A DNA stretch of 64,000 nt, from positions 3,616,001 to 3,680,000 of the forward strand of contig OZ252239.1 in assembly GCA_965249485.1 (NCBI GenBank), read 5' to 3'. Positions 43,712 through 52,696 of this stretch are shown piece by piece. The notes beneath the pieces are model-generated. The model had not been told where the DNA came from. It made no database searches and worked only from the letters and a program-made list of their open reading frames with translations. The stretch is from a bacterium (GTDB lineage: Bacteria; SM23-31). Made by a program: the position numbers and the translations under genes. The number at the start of each line of letters is the position of its first letter. The stretch's first letter is position 1.

Positions 43712-44419
43712 TTATGTATATCTTTGCTCTTTGAAGTGAAGTACTGTTAAACTTGCATACCTTAACCACTGGATTTGTCTGAAAACGGCAATTACTATCA
43801 TTGCTATTAGAAGAGGATTTATTTTAAGATATGAATAGAGTGGTTCGTAAAATATCATACAAAAATAGATAAACTGTGGGTACCATATAAAGATTTTAAA
43901 AATCAATTTGCTGAATTTGCTTCTTTTCTTATCCTGGATTACAATATCTTTTCTACTCCGGTTTTTTAAATTTATATATGCGTCTAAAAATATTTCTTTA
44001 AATAGAAATCCAAAAGTATTAAAAAATAACACTAACCATATTATCGGATTATTTTCGATTTTATAAATTGCTAAGGACAAAAAGAATCCAAATAGGCTAA
44101 AATCACTAAACAACAATAAATCCACCTTCATTTCCAACCAATATCCAAATTTAGTTTCCATTTTATTTAGTCTTGCCAGTTGTCCATCAACGCAATCTAA
44201 AAGATAGTGGAATTCACAAAGTATTCCGGCAATTATAAAATATTGATATTCTGCTTTATAAAGCAAAAAATACAGTACTATTGATAGTGGTTGTCTGAAT
44301 AATGTTACATGATTAGGCTTTATCTTAGTATTTTTTAAATAATAAGCAATTTTTTTTCCGCATTTGTTAAAGACACTGACTCTGTCTGCAGGATTTCCAA
44401 AAATTGTTGGGAACTTCAT
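43712..44419 (-). CDS. CDP-alcohol phosphotransferase family protein, intact copy
   Basis: PNHVT, DCVDGQLAR-x8-G-x3-E-x3-D, multi-TM. Confidence 0.88.
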   Translation of the reverse strand: MKFPTIFGNPADRVSVFNKCGKKIAYYLKNTKIKPNHVTLFRQPLSIVLYFLLYKAEYQYFIIAGILCEFHYLLDCVDGQLARLNKMETKFGYWLEMKVDLLLFSDFSLFGFFLSLAIYKIENNPIIWLVLFFNTFGFLFKEIFLDAYINLKNRSRKDIVIQDKKRSKFSKLIFKIFIWYPQFIYFCMIFYEPLYSYLKINPLLIAMIVIAVFRQIQWLRYASLTVLHFKEQRYT

Positions 44420-44539
44420 ATTTTCCTCAAAAATATCTATCGCATTAATTACTCAGACAATCTTGCAGAATACCAGAATCCTTGATGACTCACAAAACTC
44501 GCAAATATTATTAAGATAAATCCCCAAAAAAAACTTAAT

Positions 44540-45100
44540 TTATATTAAAGAGTTTCTTAGTTGATCTTTTATTTTCTCTGGGGTATGACTAACGCGTGCT
44601 ATTCCCTTGATATTTCCGGATTCCACATTAATCTGCACACAGATCGGACCGTTATTACTTATGATATTTTGAAAATATCTTTCTAACTCACTTAATTCTG
44701 AAATCGTATTTACTGATACATATCCGGAGCTTTTTGCTATATCCGCAAGGTTAATATCTGAAGTAATGGTTTTCTGCCCGCCGGTCGAGCTGTACACCTG
44801 ATTGTCAAAAATTATATGGTAATAGTTTTTAAGTTGCAAAAATCCGGCTAGTGGGAAATTCCCAAGATTCATGAGTGCACTACCGTCCCCATCAAATACA
44901 AAAACCGGAATATCCGGTTTATTAAGAGCAATGCCTATTCCTATAGATGAAGCATACCCCATAGATCCGATCATATAAAAATTGTTTGCCCTGTCATTGA
45001 GCGTAAACACTTCTCGGGAAATCATTCCTGTTGTACATATGATCGGTGCATTGTCAGGTAACACTTTAAAAATAACTTGTAACGCTTCTATTTTATTCAT
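44540..45100 (-). CDS. Phosphonopyruvate decarboxylase beta subunit (TPP-binding)
   Basis: TTGMISRE, FYMIGSMG, DGDGSALM...DN, STGGQ.T; phosphonate context. Confidence 0.85.
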   Translation of the reverse strand: MNKIEALQVIFKVLPDNAPIICTTGMISREVFTLNDRANNFYMIGSMGYASSIGIGIALNKPDIPVFVFDGDGSALMNLGNFPLAGFLQLKNYYHIIFDNQVYSSTGGQKTITSDINLADIAKSSGYVSVNTISELSELERYFQNIISNNGPICVQINVESGNIKGIARVSHTPEKIKDQLRNSLI

Positions 45101-45123
45101 GTCATTTTTAAATCAAATAATAT

Positions 45124-45612
45124 TCAGTCAATTATATTATCTTTTAAGATAGCAGCCACGGGAACCTGTTTTTCGTCCATAACTGCTATAAGCTCCGAAA
45201 AAACAGATTCAATATTATCCTTTTCGAATATTTTATAGGGTATCTTCATTAATTTCAAAAAATTTAACATCTCAGCGCCCATAATGATGTGTTCAGGTGC
45301 GTCCTTCCCTTGATAGCCTCTCCAGGAAATGATCATGAATACTGGAATTTTGTATATTAAATTGAGAGAAGTAAGTCCATTAACCACATTGCCAAGTCCA
45401 GAGTTTTGGATTAGTATTCCAGACCTTCTACCCGAAAAATAACCGCCCGTAGCGATTCCCAACGCCCCATCTTCTCTTGTTGCAGGGATATATGTAAAAT
45501 CGGAATCGTTCTCAATTTCAATTAAAATTTTCTTGAATATCGAGCACGGAACACCGGAAAGAAATGTTAATCCGTATTTTTTTAAGTGTGAAGAAAATTC
45601 ATTTGAATTCAT
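45124..45612 (-). CDS. Phosphonopyruvate decarboxylase alpha subunit
   Basis: GVPCS, RED, QNSGLGN, SWRG...DAPEH. Confidence 0.85.
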   Translation of the reverse strand: MNSNEFSSHLKKYGLTFLSGVPCSIFKKILIEIENDSDFTYIPATREDGALGIATGGYFSGRRSGILIQNSGLGNVVNGLTSLNLIYKIPVFMIISWRGYQGKDAPEHIIMGAEMLNFLKLMKIPYKIFEKDNIESVFSELIAVMDEKQVPVAAILKDNIID

Positions 45613-45799
45613 CGCTTTATATAATAATTAATATTGATCCTATAATATAGCGTAGGTAATGAATGGTGTTAAGTGTAAAAAATAATTGAATCAATATCAA
45701 GGATATATCACGTTCTGACCAGACATTCTGAAACAAAATCTATTTTTTTCAACATAATATTCGGGAAAGACAAGGAGAGGCAAGTACAAGTGCTATATT

Positions 45800-46747
45800 C
45801 TAGTGTGAAGAGAATTCTTTTATGCACTGTTTGTTAAGATCAATGAAGTCGATTTCTGATAAATTCCACTTGTCATTGTAAAGACTTTCCGTAATATGAT
45901 CTGGCCTGCTTGCACCATATATTGCAACATCTATATTGGAATTCCTCAATACCCATGCAACAGACAATTGCACAATCGTTAAATTACGTTTTTGTGCAAA
46001 AATTTTTATTTTGTCTGTAATTTTAAGGTATTGTCTGAATTTTTCACCTTTAAATTCAGGTTGGTTTTGACGGCTATCGCCATTTTCAAACTTTGTTCTT
46101 GGTGTAAATTTTCCAGATAGTAACCCACGAAATAATGGGCTATATGCAAGAACTCCAATGTTTTTTTCAGCACAGAGAGGTAGTACCTCTTCTTCAATTT
46201 CTCTTTGAAACAGATTGTATCGCACTTGAACAGTATCGAGACATCCAAGGGATATGTACTGTTTTATGTGGGATACGTCTACATTTGAAGCTCCAACATA
46301 ACGTATTTTACCTGACTGTAAAAGATGCTCGAGCGCATTAACTGTATCAGAAATAGGGGTTGAATTATCCGGCCAGTGAGTTTGATATATGTCGATATAA
46401 TCTGTATTCAATCGTTTGAGACTTTCCTCTACACTTTTCACAATATTAGTATAACTTAGATCGAATTGAGCTTTGCCTTCCTGTGTTCTTTTAACTCCTA
46501 CTTTTGTAGCAATTATTACGTTTTTTCTGTTCATACTTAATGCTTCTGCTAATATGCTTTCTGAACGCCAAAATCCGTACACGTTTGCAGTATCAAAACA
46601 GTTTATTCCTATATCTAAAGCCTTATGAACTGTTGCTATAGAATCAGCTTTACTCGGAGCACCTGCGTATTCTACACCAAAATTTCCGCATCCTAATGCA
46701 ATTCTTGAAACTTTTATATTAGTTGAACCTAACTGGACAAAAATCAT
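45800..46747 (-). CDS. Aldo/keto reductase
   Basis: FDTANVYG, IATK, SLKRL.TDYIDIYQ.H.PD, GKIR..G.SN, YSPL..GLL. Confidence 0.92.
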   Translation of the reverse strand: MIFVQLGSTNIKVSRIALGCGNFGVEYAGAPSKADSIATVHKALDIGINCFDTANVYGFWRSESILAEALSMNRKNVIIATKVGVKRTQEGKAQFDLSYTNIVKSVEESLKRLNTDYIDIYQTHWPDNSTPISDTVNALEHLLQSGKIRYVGASNVDVSHIKQYISLGCLDTVQVRYNLFQREIEEEVLPLCAEKNIGVLAYSPLFRGLLSGKFTPRTKFENGDSRQNQPEFKGEKFRQYLKITDKIKIFAQKRNLTIVQLSVAWVLRNSNIDVAIYGASRPDHITESLYNDKWNLSEIDFIDLNKQCIKEFSSH

Positions 46748-46860
46748 AATATAAATTGTTTAGTAACAAATAAATCTATTATAAAATTAATTTTATAATA
46801 GATTTATTGAATGAGTTAACTTCTTGTTGCAAAGTAGTATGGAGGGATATTATTGAGTAA

Positions 46861-47553
46861 TTATTTCATTCTACACCGTGTAGCAATCATCTCAAAGAAT
46901 ATTTTTGAGATAATACCTATGCCCCCAAATTTTGATTCTCCTAATTCCCTCTGAAGATAATTTATTCCTATTTGTTTTATTACAAATCCTTTTCTGTGCG
47001 CTTTGATGAGGCTTTCAGCATCATGAAATCCCCACTTTGACTCAAGTTTAATATCTTCAAATACTTTTGATGAATATAACTTATAAGAAAAATTTATATC
47101 CCGAAGTTTTAAATTAAATAATGATCTAACGAGCCAATTGAATACACCAGAATAAACTTTACGTTTCATACCCTCATTCCGATTTAAGCGAAATGCTGAT
47201 ACGATATCACATGAATTGATAATATCAAACGCTTTGAAAATATCTTGAAAATCGAATGGTTCATCAGCATCAAACAAAAAGAAGTACTCCATCGATGCAG
47301 TGGTAATGCCAAGGGATACCGCACTTCCCATTCCTTCTCTTTGCTCTTGATGCACCACTATGACATTGTGAATTTCCCTTTCAAGATTGTCTACAATAAC
47401 TGGTGTATTGTCGGTACTGCCACTTTCAATTATAACAATCTCAAAATTTTCAATACTGTCCTGCAGAATTCTTGCTATTTTTCTGACAACTTTATCAACA
47501 TACTGTTCTTCATTATAGACTGGGAGAATAATAGACACGCTTGATTTTATCAT
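46861..47553 (-). CDS. GT2 glycosyltransferase (polyprenol-phosphate glycosyltransferase/DPM-like)
   Basis: IILPVYNE, GS.D.T, DAD, R..GESK. Confidence 0.88.
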   Translation of the reverse strand: MIKSSVSIILPVYNEEQYVDKVVRKIARILQDSIENFEIVIIESGSTDNTPVIVDNLEREIHNVIVVHQEQREGMGSAVSLGITTASMEYFFLFDADEPFDFQDIFKAFDIINSCDIVSAFRLNRNEGMKRKVYSGVFNWLVRSLFNLKLRDINFSYKLYSSKVFEDIKLESKWGFHDAESLIKAHRKGFVIKQIGINYLQRELGESKFGGIGIISKIFFEMIATRCRMK

Positions 47554-47624
47554 ATAAGTTCCGAAAAAATTTCCAAGAAGTTTTTCTGTATTTCAGCATG
47601 TGAATACCATTAAAGAATAAAGTA

Positions 47625-48371
47625 TTATTTACTAGAAATAATGTCAGACACACTCTCTTTATTTTTCCGGAGGATTTTATTCATTAATGAATCGATATCT
47701 TCAACTGCTTGTTGATAATCATCCTGACGTCCTATATCCATCCAATAATCTTTACTTTCATAGGCCATAATTTTTTGTCCGCCATCTTTCATTCTTAAGA
47801 GTAAGTCTGGAAAATCCAATCGTTCACCTGCTTTGATAAAATCCAACGCTCTTGGTTCAAAATATCTTATCCCCATTCCGACTTTATAATCAAGGATTGG
47901 CTTTTCTTTGTGCCCTTGCACTATATTATCTGAATCAACATCAATAACTCCATAATTAATATTAACTGAACGATTATGAATTGCTAATGTCAAATCAGAT
48001 TTATTACCTCTATGAAATTTTAACATTTTAACGTAATCAAGCGTTGTTAAAATATCGCCATTCATTACAAGAAATGTTTTGTTGAGACCTCGAATTTCCT
48101 TTATCGGCCCTATAGTACCAAGAGGAATTTCTTCATCAATATATGTGATCTTCAAACCATTTATTACGCGCTTATTTCCAAAATAGGCTTTAATTATTTC
48201 AGACAAGTATCCAACCGCAAGTATTGCCTCTGTAAATCCATAAAGTGAAAGCTGCTGTAATACTATTTCTAAGATTGGAATATCTCCTAAAGGCATCAGA
48301 GGTTTTGGAAGAATTGTAGTGTATGGATAGAGACGAGTCCCACGCCCACCGGCAAGAATGACTGCTTTCAT
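47625..48371 (-). CDS. Sugar-phosphate nucleotidyltransferase
   Basis: ILAGGRGTRL.P.T...PKPL, PLGT.G, NGD, W.DIG. Confidence 0.9.
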   Translation of the reverse strand: MKAVILAGGRGTRLYPYTTILPKPLMPLGDIPILEIVLQQLSLYGFTEAILAVGYLSEIIKAYFGNKRVINGLKITYIDEEIPLGTIGPIKEIRGLNKTFLVMNGDILTTLDYVKMLKFHRGNKSDLTLAIHNRSVNINYGVIDVDSDNIVQGHKEKPILDYKVGMGIRYFEPRALDFIKAGERLDFPDLLLRMKDGGQKIMAYESKDYWMDIGRQDDYQQAVEDIDSLMNKILRKNKESVSDIISSK

Positions 48372-48497
48372 ATTGCGTTAGTATCCTTTTATGGCTCACT
48401 ATCCGAAACTACATGTTATAGAATTAATCGAATAGTATCATAACATTCTTTAAATTAAATCTAATAACATTTATAAAATATTCTAATATTTACACAT

Positions 48498-49343
48498 TTA
48501 CAAAATCTCTAGATGAGATTTGAGTACATCCGATGTCCTCTCCCATTTGAAATTATCCATCAGAGTTAGAAACATCTCCCGAACATTAGGTAAATAAAAG
48601 ACAAATGCAGGATTCTTAATACAGAGTTTCCTTTTGGCAATCTGAGCCTTTTGTGTAGGTGGAAATATTTGCCAATTATGTATGAACATGTTTACAAACT
48701 GCTGAGTATCCCGAGAGCGCTCAATAAAAAATGATATAAACTTATAACCCAGTGAGTACCACAAACTGCTTCCAAATGGAATCCCATACGTTAATAATCT
48801 TAGGTTCATATTTGAAGGGTATTCCAACCTCCCATTAAAATTTCTATAGGTAAAGAGAGAGACCGGACATTCTAATACACCATCTTTAAAAAATAAATTA
48901 TTAGTTTCCCCATAAACTGATAAGCTTGAGGTAATTCCGAATTGTTTTAAATATTTATAGCCTTCTTCACAGAATACAATTGATGGTGCTTGAAACGTTG
49001 TTGGACGATATTGCTTAATAAATTCGGATGATTTATGTAACTCTGATAAAAGTGTTTCATGATTGTAAATATGTTTATGAGAGTTTGTGTGATACCCAAT
49101 TTCATGTCCTTCTTTAATCAAACTTTCGATTAAGTCGGGATACCATTCTGCTATTTCAGAAACAACATACCAGGTTAATTTGATAGAACGTTTCGATAAT
49201 TCGTTAAGGAGATATTCTGATTCTCTAACTATATCTTCATTATCAATTTTTTTTCTCTCGACAGAATCCAGATTTTGAAATTCCGGAATAAGGTGAACCC
49301 AGGATTCAAGATCGACTGACATTATATTACGATCAGTAGACAT
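48498..49343 (-). CDS. Polysaccharide deacetylase (CE4)
   Basis: SVDLESW, GHEIGYH...H, F.AP, FIHNWQ. Confidence 0.8.
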   Translation of the reverse strand: MSTDRNIMSVDLESWVHLIPEFQNLDSVERKKIDNEDIVRESEYLLNELSKRSIKLTWYVVSEIAEWYPDLIESLIKEGHEIGYHTNSHKHIYNHETLLSELHKSSEFIKQYRPTTFQAPSIVFCEEGYKYLKQFGITSSLSVYGETNNLFFKDGVLECPVSLFTYRNFNGRLEYPSNMNLRLLTYGIPFGSSLWYSLGYKFISFFIERSRDTQQFVNMFIHNWQIFPPTQKAQIAKRKLCIKNPAFVFYLPNVREMFLTLMDNFKWERTSDVLKSHLEIL

Positions 49344-49349
49344 GTCTTA

Positions 49350-49958
49350 AGTGTGTTAATTTGACAATCTGGATTAGCCAGATAGGCTTTATTATATCGA
49401 CAAAAAGTCCGGTTTTCTCTACATGATTTATTTTTAATCCGCCTTCATTTGCATACTTTTAAATTTTATGGTTTGTAAATAAATTAATTGAATTGCCTTG
49501 CAATAAGTGATAGAATTTAAAATTCAAGCCCCAAAAAGACAACCTGATACTACTAATACTATAATACCATTTTCAGATAGATGGTTTATTATATTTTTAA
49601 ATACATCTGAAAGAATTGTGCAAAATTCCAAAGATCCAGCATATAAGATTTTATTAAATTTTTTATTTAAACTAAAATTTTGCAAATCAGCAACTTCTGC
49701 ATTGATACCGCGAGATTGTGTATACTTCACCATCTCATGTGACAAGTCAATTCCATAAACTTCTGCACCATATTCTTTGAGTATTAACGAATTATAGCCT
49801 GATCCACAACCGCGGTTTAATATGTTATCCCCTTCAATCGGATCAAGTAAGCGCAGCAAAATCTTTTGTTCTGCAGCTTTTAATCTTCCAAAAAATCATT
49901 TAGCCAATTTTTGTTGATAATTATTTGCTAGTTTATCATAATACTCCATTGAGCTCAT
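49350..49958 (-). pseudogene. Class I SAM methyltransferase, disrupted
   Basis: MSSMEYYDKLA... with an in-frame TGA at 49896-49898; degenerate NRGCGSG motif; GIDLS; further frameshift and stop beyond 49524; 3' boundary approximate. Confidence 0.75.
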
Positions 49959-50253
49959 ATTATTTTCTGTTGGTCACAGATCCAAGTTGTATTTTACATG
50001 AACAATAAATATACTTAAAATTAACCGGAATTGGTGAATTATTTTAATTGAATATTTATTTTTTATCCAAAGTTTCCAAAGTTTGATAAATTTAAGAAAT
50101 CTAATAGATGAAAATCTATCTTTTATATAATTGATGCAATTTAAATATGTAAATAAGCAAATATTTATACTAATTAAACCTTTTTAGCGTTATTTTATTA
50201 ATCTAAAAATTGATCATTATAATTTCAAAATAAGGGATTAAGAAAAATTATTT

Positions 50254-50991
50254 ATGGAGAGTAAAGTGGCAAATAAATCACTAGTTGTAAAAATTTTATA
50301 CTTTGCAAGAAATCTGAGATCTCGAAAATTGTTTAGTGTTTTAGAAACATATTGTAAAGGTAATGTCCTTGATGTAGGTGGGGGAGCATTCTTCTTAACC
50401 GCACAAAAAAAGAAATATCAAATCAAATCTTGGACAACATTAGAATACTATAAGGAAGAAAAAATTGAGACTGAAGACGAAAGATTCAGGTTCGTTCAAA
50501 GTGATGGATGCAAATTACCATTAAAGAGTGATCAATTTGAAACAGTATTGAATATTCAAGTTCTTGAGCATGTATTTGATGCAGCAGAAATGGTATACGA
50601 AATCGCTCGTGTGCTCAAACCCAATTGCTATGGAATATTTCTAATTCCTCAGACATCAACCCTGCATTGGGCTCCAAATCATTACTATAATTTTACCCGA
50701 TATTGGATACAAGAGGTTATGCAAAGAGCCAATTTAGAAATAATCGAACTTAAACCTCTTGGAGGAATCTGGACCTCAATGGCCTCTCATTTAGTCTATT
50801 TTTTTCTTCAAAGTATACGATTCCATGGAATGTCTTCGAAAGAAAATGAAAGAAAATTATTCTTTTATCTTTTATATCCAATTATGGTATTATATGCTAT
50901 AATAAACATCCCAATTTGTATGATCCTGGGGTTAGGCGATTTAACAGAGGAGCCTAACAATCATCTGGTTATAGTCAGAAAAACAGTGTAG
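50254..50991 (+). CDS. Class I SAM-dependent methyltransferase
   Basis: VLDVGGG, LP...F, VLEH, EI.RVLKP. Confidence 0.85.
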   Translation: MESKVANKSLVVKILYFARNLRSRKLFSVLETYCKGNVLDVGGGAFFLTAQKKKYQIKSWTTLEYYKEEKIETEDERFRFVQSDGCKLPLKSDQFETVLNIQVLEHVFDAAEMVYEIARVLKPNCYGIFLIPQTSTLHWAPNHYYNFTRYWIQEVMQRANLEIIELKPLGGIWTSMASHLVYFFLQSIRFHGMSSKENERKLFFYLLYPIMVLYAIINIPICMILGLGDLTEEPNNHLVIVRKTV

Positions 50992-51002
50992 ATAAATATA
51001 AC

Positions 51003-52649
51003 TTACTGATTTTTCAAATTCAAATATACTTTATACCCTGCGTAATAGTGGTAATCACTAATCTTCTTACCATACTCAAATGAATGACCTGTTTTAAATG
51101 CAAGGTAATAATTGTCTTTTAAATATTTATTTAAGTCTTCTCCAGGTAATTCAAATAGCCCTATAACTATTACCCGAGGAGATTCTTTGATTAGAGTCGG
51201 CATAAGATGATTATGAAAAATCTCTTCCGCTTTATCACCACTATTATAAAGTTCTCTCCAATATATATAATCAGAACCAAAAGCATTGGGATTATCAAGA
51301 ATTAAATTGAATATATCAGTATCAAAACCGGCTGTTACGATTTTATCAGTATGGTTTAAATTGTGTCGTAAAAAATCATGCGTCTTTTCCAGTGCTTCAT
51401 ATATTGTTTGAGATACTTTAATTCCATTTAGAGCTGGAATTGTCAGTGTTTGTTCTCTTATTTCTGGTTTAAAAATATACAAAGAGGGAATGATATAGAA
51501 GCTGAGCAATCCGATAATTAATACACTTCGAATAATAATTTTACTTTTTTTTGCAGATTCAAGATAAAACAACTTATTAACAAAATAAAACGCCAATAGG
51601 ATAGTCGTAGGTATGATTAATCCCATCTCACCGTGTCCAATGCGATTCCCTGAATAATAAAACTGCATAAAAGTCATAGGAGAAAAAACTGCTAAGGTCA
51701 GTAGGGCAAAAGCGCATGGTTTATCTCTATGTCTCAAAACATAAAAAAAAGTTAATATTCCCATTAGAAGAGGAAGGTAAAAACACAACGAATAATATGT
51801 GTCTTTTAAAGCAAAAAATAGTGATAAGAATGATTGGGAATTAAATATGGCAATAAAATAACTGAAAAAATTAGGCCAGGAAAATGAAGCTGCATTAGAT
51901 CCAAAATACGTTAAAAAGAACAGAAAATTTTTTTGCAAAATTTCCAGAGTATTTGAATAGATTATCTCGGAATATACAGGTATAATTATGATGCATGTCC
52001 CCAACAAGAAAAGTGATATTGTTATTTTTAAGCTCCATGTATATAATTCTTTATTTAAATACCTATATATTATTAACGATAAGCATAATGAAAGCCACAT
52101 ACTTATACCAATAGGAATTGGTTTCTGTAGAATTGACAAGCCTATTGCTACTCCTGAAAAAAACACCCATTTATATGTCAGTTTTTCTCTGAACTTCAGA
52201 AGAAAAAAAATCCCAAAAACTCCTCCAAAAAGTGTGAAGATATTGCTATAGCTATATATGGGTTGGAAAATCATTAAAAACGATAATAATGCTGCCATCA
52301 CGCTCCACCATAAAGATAAAAACCTGCGGCTAATTAAAAAAGATACTACTATGCAAATTGTCAATAAAAATGTCGAAGCATAGCGTACTACAAGTAAACT
52401 AACTCCAAATATGTTGAATATAAGTGAATAAAAATATGGTCCTATTGGACCATAATGATGCCAAATGTCTTGATAAAGAGTGTAGCCCTGAAATACTCTC
52501 TTGTATGCCATTACAATTATCCCTTCATCACCAATAATTAAATCAAAGGAAATTGTCGGTATCTGACGAACAAGAAAGAGTGTCACTAAAGTTAAGAGCG
52601 CAAACCATTCTTTTGTTATTAATTGTTTGAATTTAGAATGAAAACTCAC
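51003..52649 (-). CDS. GT-C-fold (ArnT/PMT-like) membrane glycosyltransferase
   Basis: DEG after TM1, G..LY.D.W..YGP, many TM helices, soluble C-terminal domain. Confidence 0.75.
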   Translation of the reverse strand: MSFHSKFKQLITKEWFALLTLVTLFLVRQIPTISFDLIIGDEGIIVMAYKRVFQGYTLYQDIWHHYGPIGPYFYSLIFNIFGVSLLVVRYASTFLLTICIVVSFLISRRFLSLWWSVMAALLSFLMIFQPIYSYSNIFTLFGGVFGIFFLLKFREKLTYKWVFFSGVAIGLSILQKPIPIGISMWLSLCLSLIIYRYLNKELYTWSLKITISLFLLGTCIIIIPVYSEIIYSNTLEILQKNFLFFLTYFGSNAASFSWPNFFSYFIAIFNSQSFLSLFFALKDTYYSLCFYLPLLMGILTFFYVLRHRDKPCAFALLTLAVFSPMTFMQFYYSGNRIGHGEMGLIIPTTILLAFYFVNKLFYLESAKKSKIIIRSVLIIGLLSFYIIPSLYIFKPEIREQTLTIPALNGIKVSQTIYEALEKTHDFLRHNLNHTDKIVTAGFDTDIFNLILDNPNAFGSDYIYWRELYNSGDKAEEIFHNHLMPTLIKESPRVIVIGLFELPGEDLNKYLKDNYYLAFKTGHSFEYGKKISDYHYYAGYKVYLNLKNQ

Positions 52650-52696
52650 AAAATATCCTGTTATATTTAATAACTACAAAAATAAAATGTTTTTTA

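Noticed and set aside
44540..45612. Sulfopyruvate decarboxylase ComDE (coenzyme M biosynthesis)
   Set aside because: No comA/B/C nearby. PepM and a phosphonoacetaldehyde-reductase-like gene are adjacent, and two-subunit phosphonopyruvate decarboxylases are known (RhiE/RhiF).
37547..45612. Fosfomycin or other small-molecule phosphonate antibiotic cluster
   Set aside because: The Fom1-like fusion and reductase are present, but there is no Fom3/Fom4, resistance kinase, NRPS or ATP-grasp ligase. The context is envelope glycosylation.
47625..48371. PntC/LicC-type phosphonyl cytidylyltransferase
   Set aside because: The motifs fit the sugar-1-phosphate nucleotidyltransferase type, it lies among glycosyltransferase genes, and HxGH cytidylyltransferases already cover that step. 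Not fully excluded.
19285..49898. Stop-codon reassignment or selenocysteine to explain the in-frame stops
   Set aside because: The internal stops are a mix of TAA and TGA, they co-occur with frameshifts, and conserved genes such as murF and ftsQ end normally at TGA.
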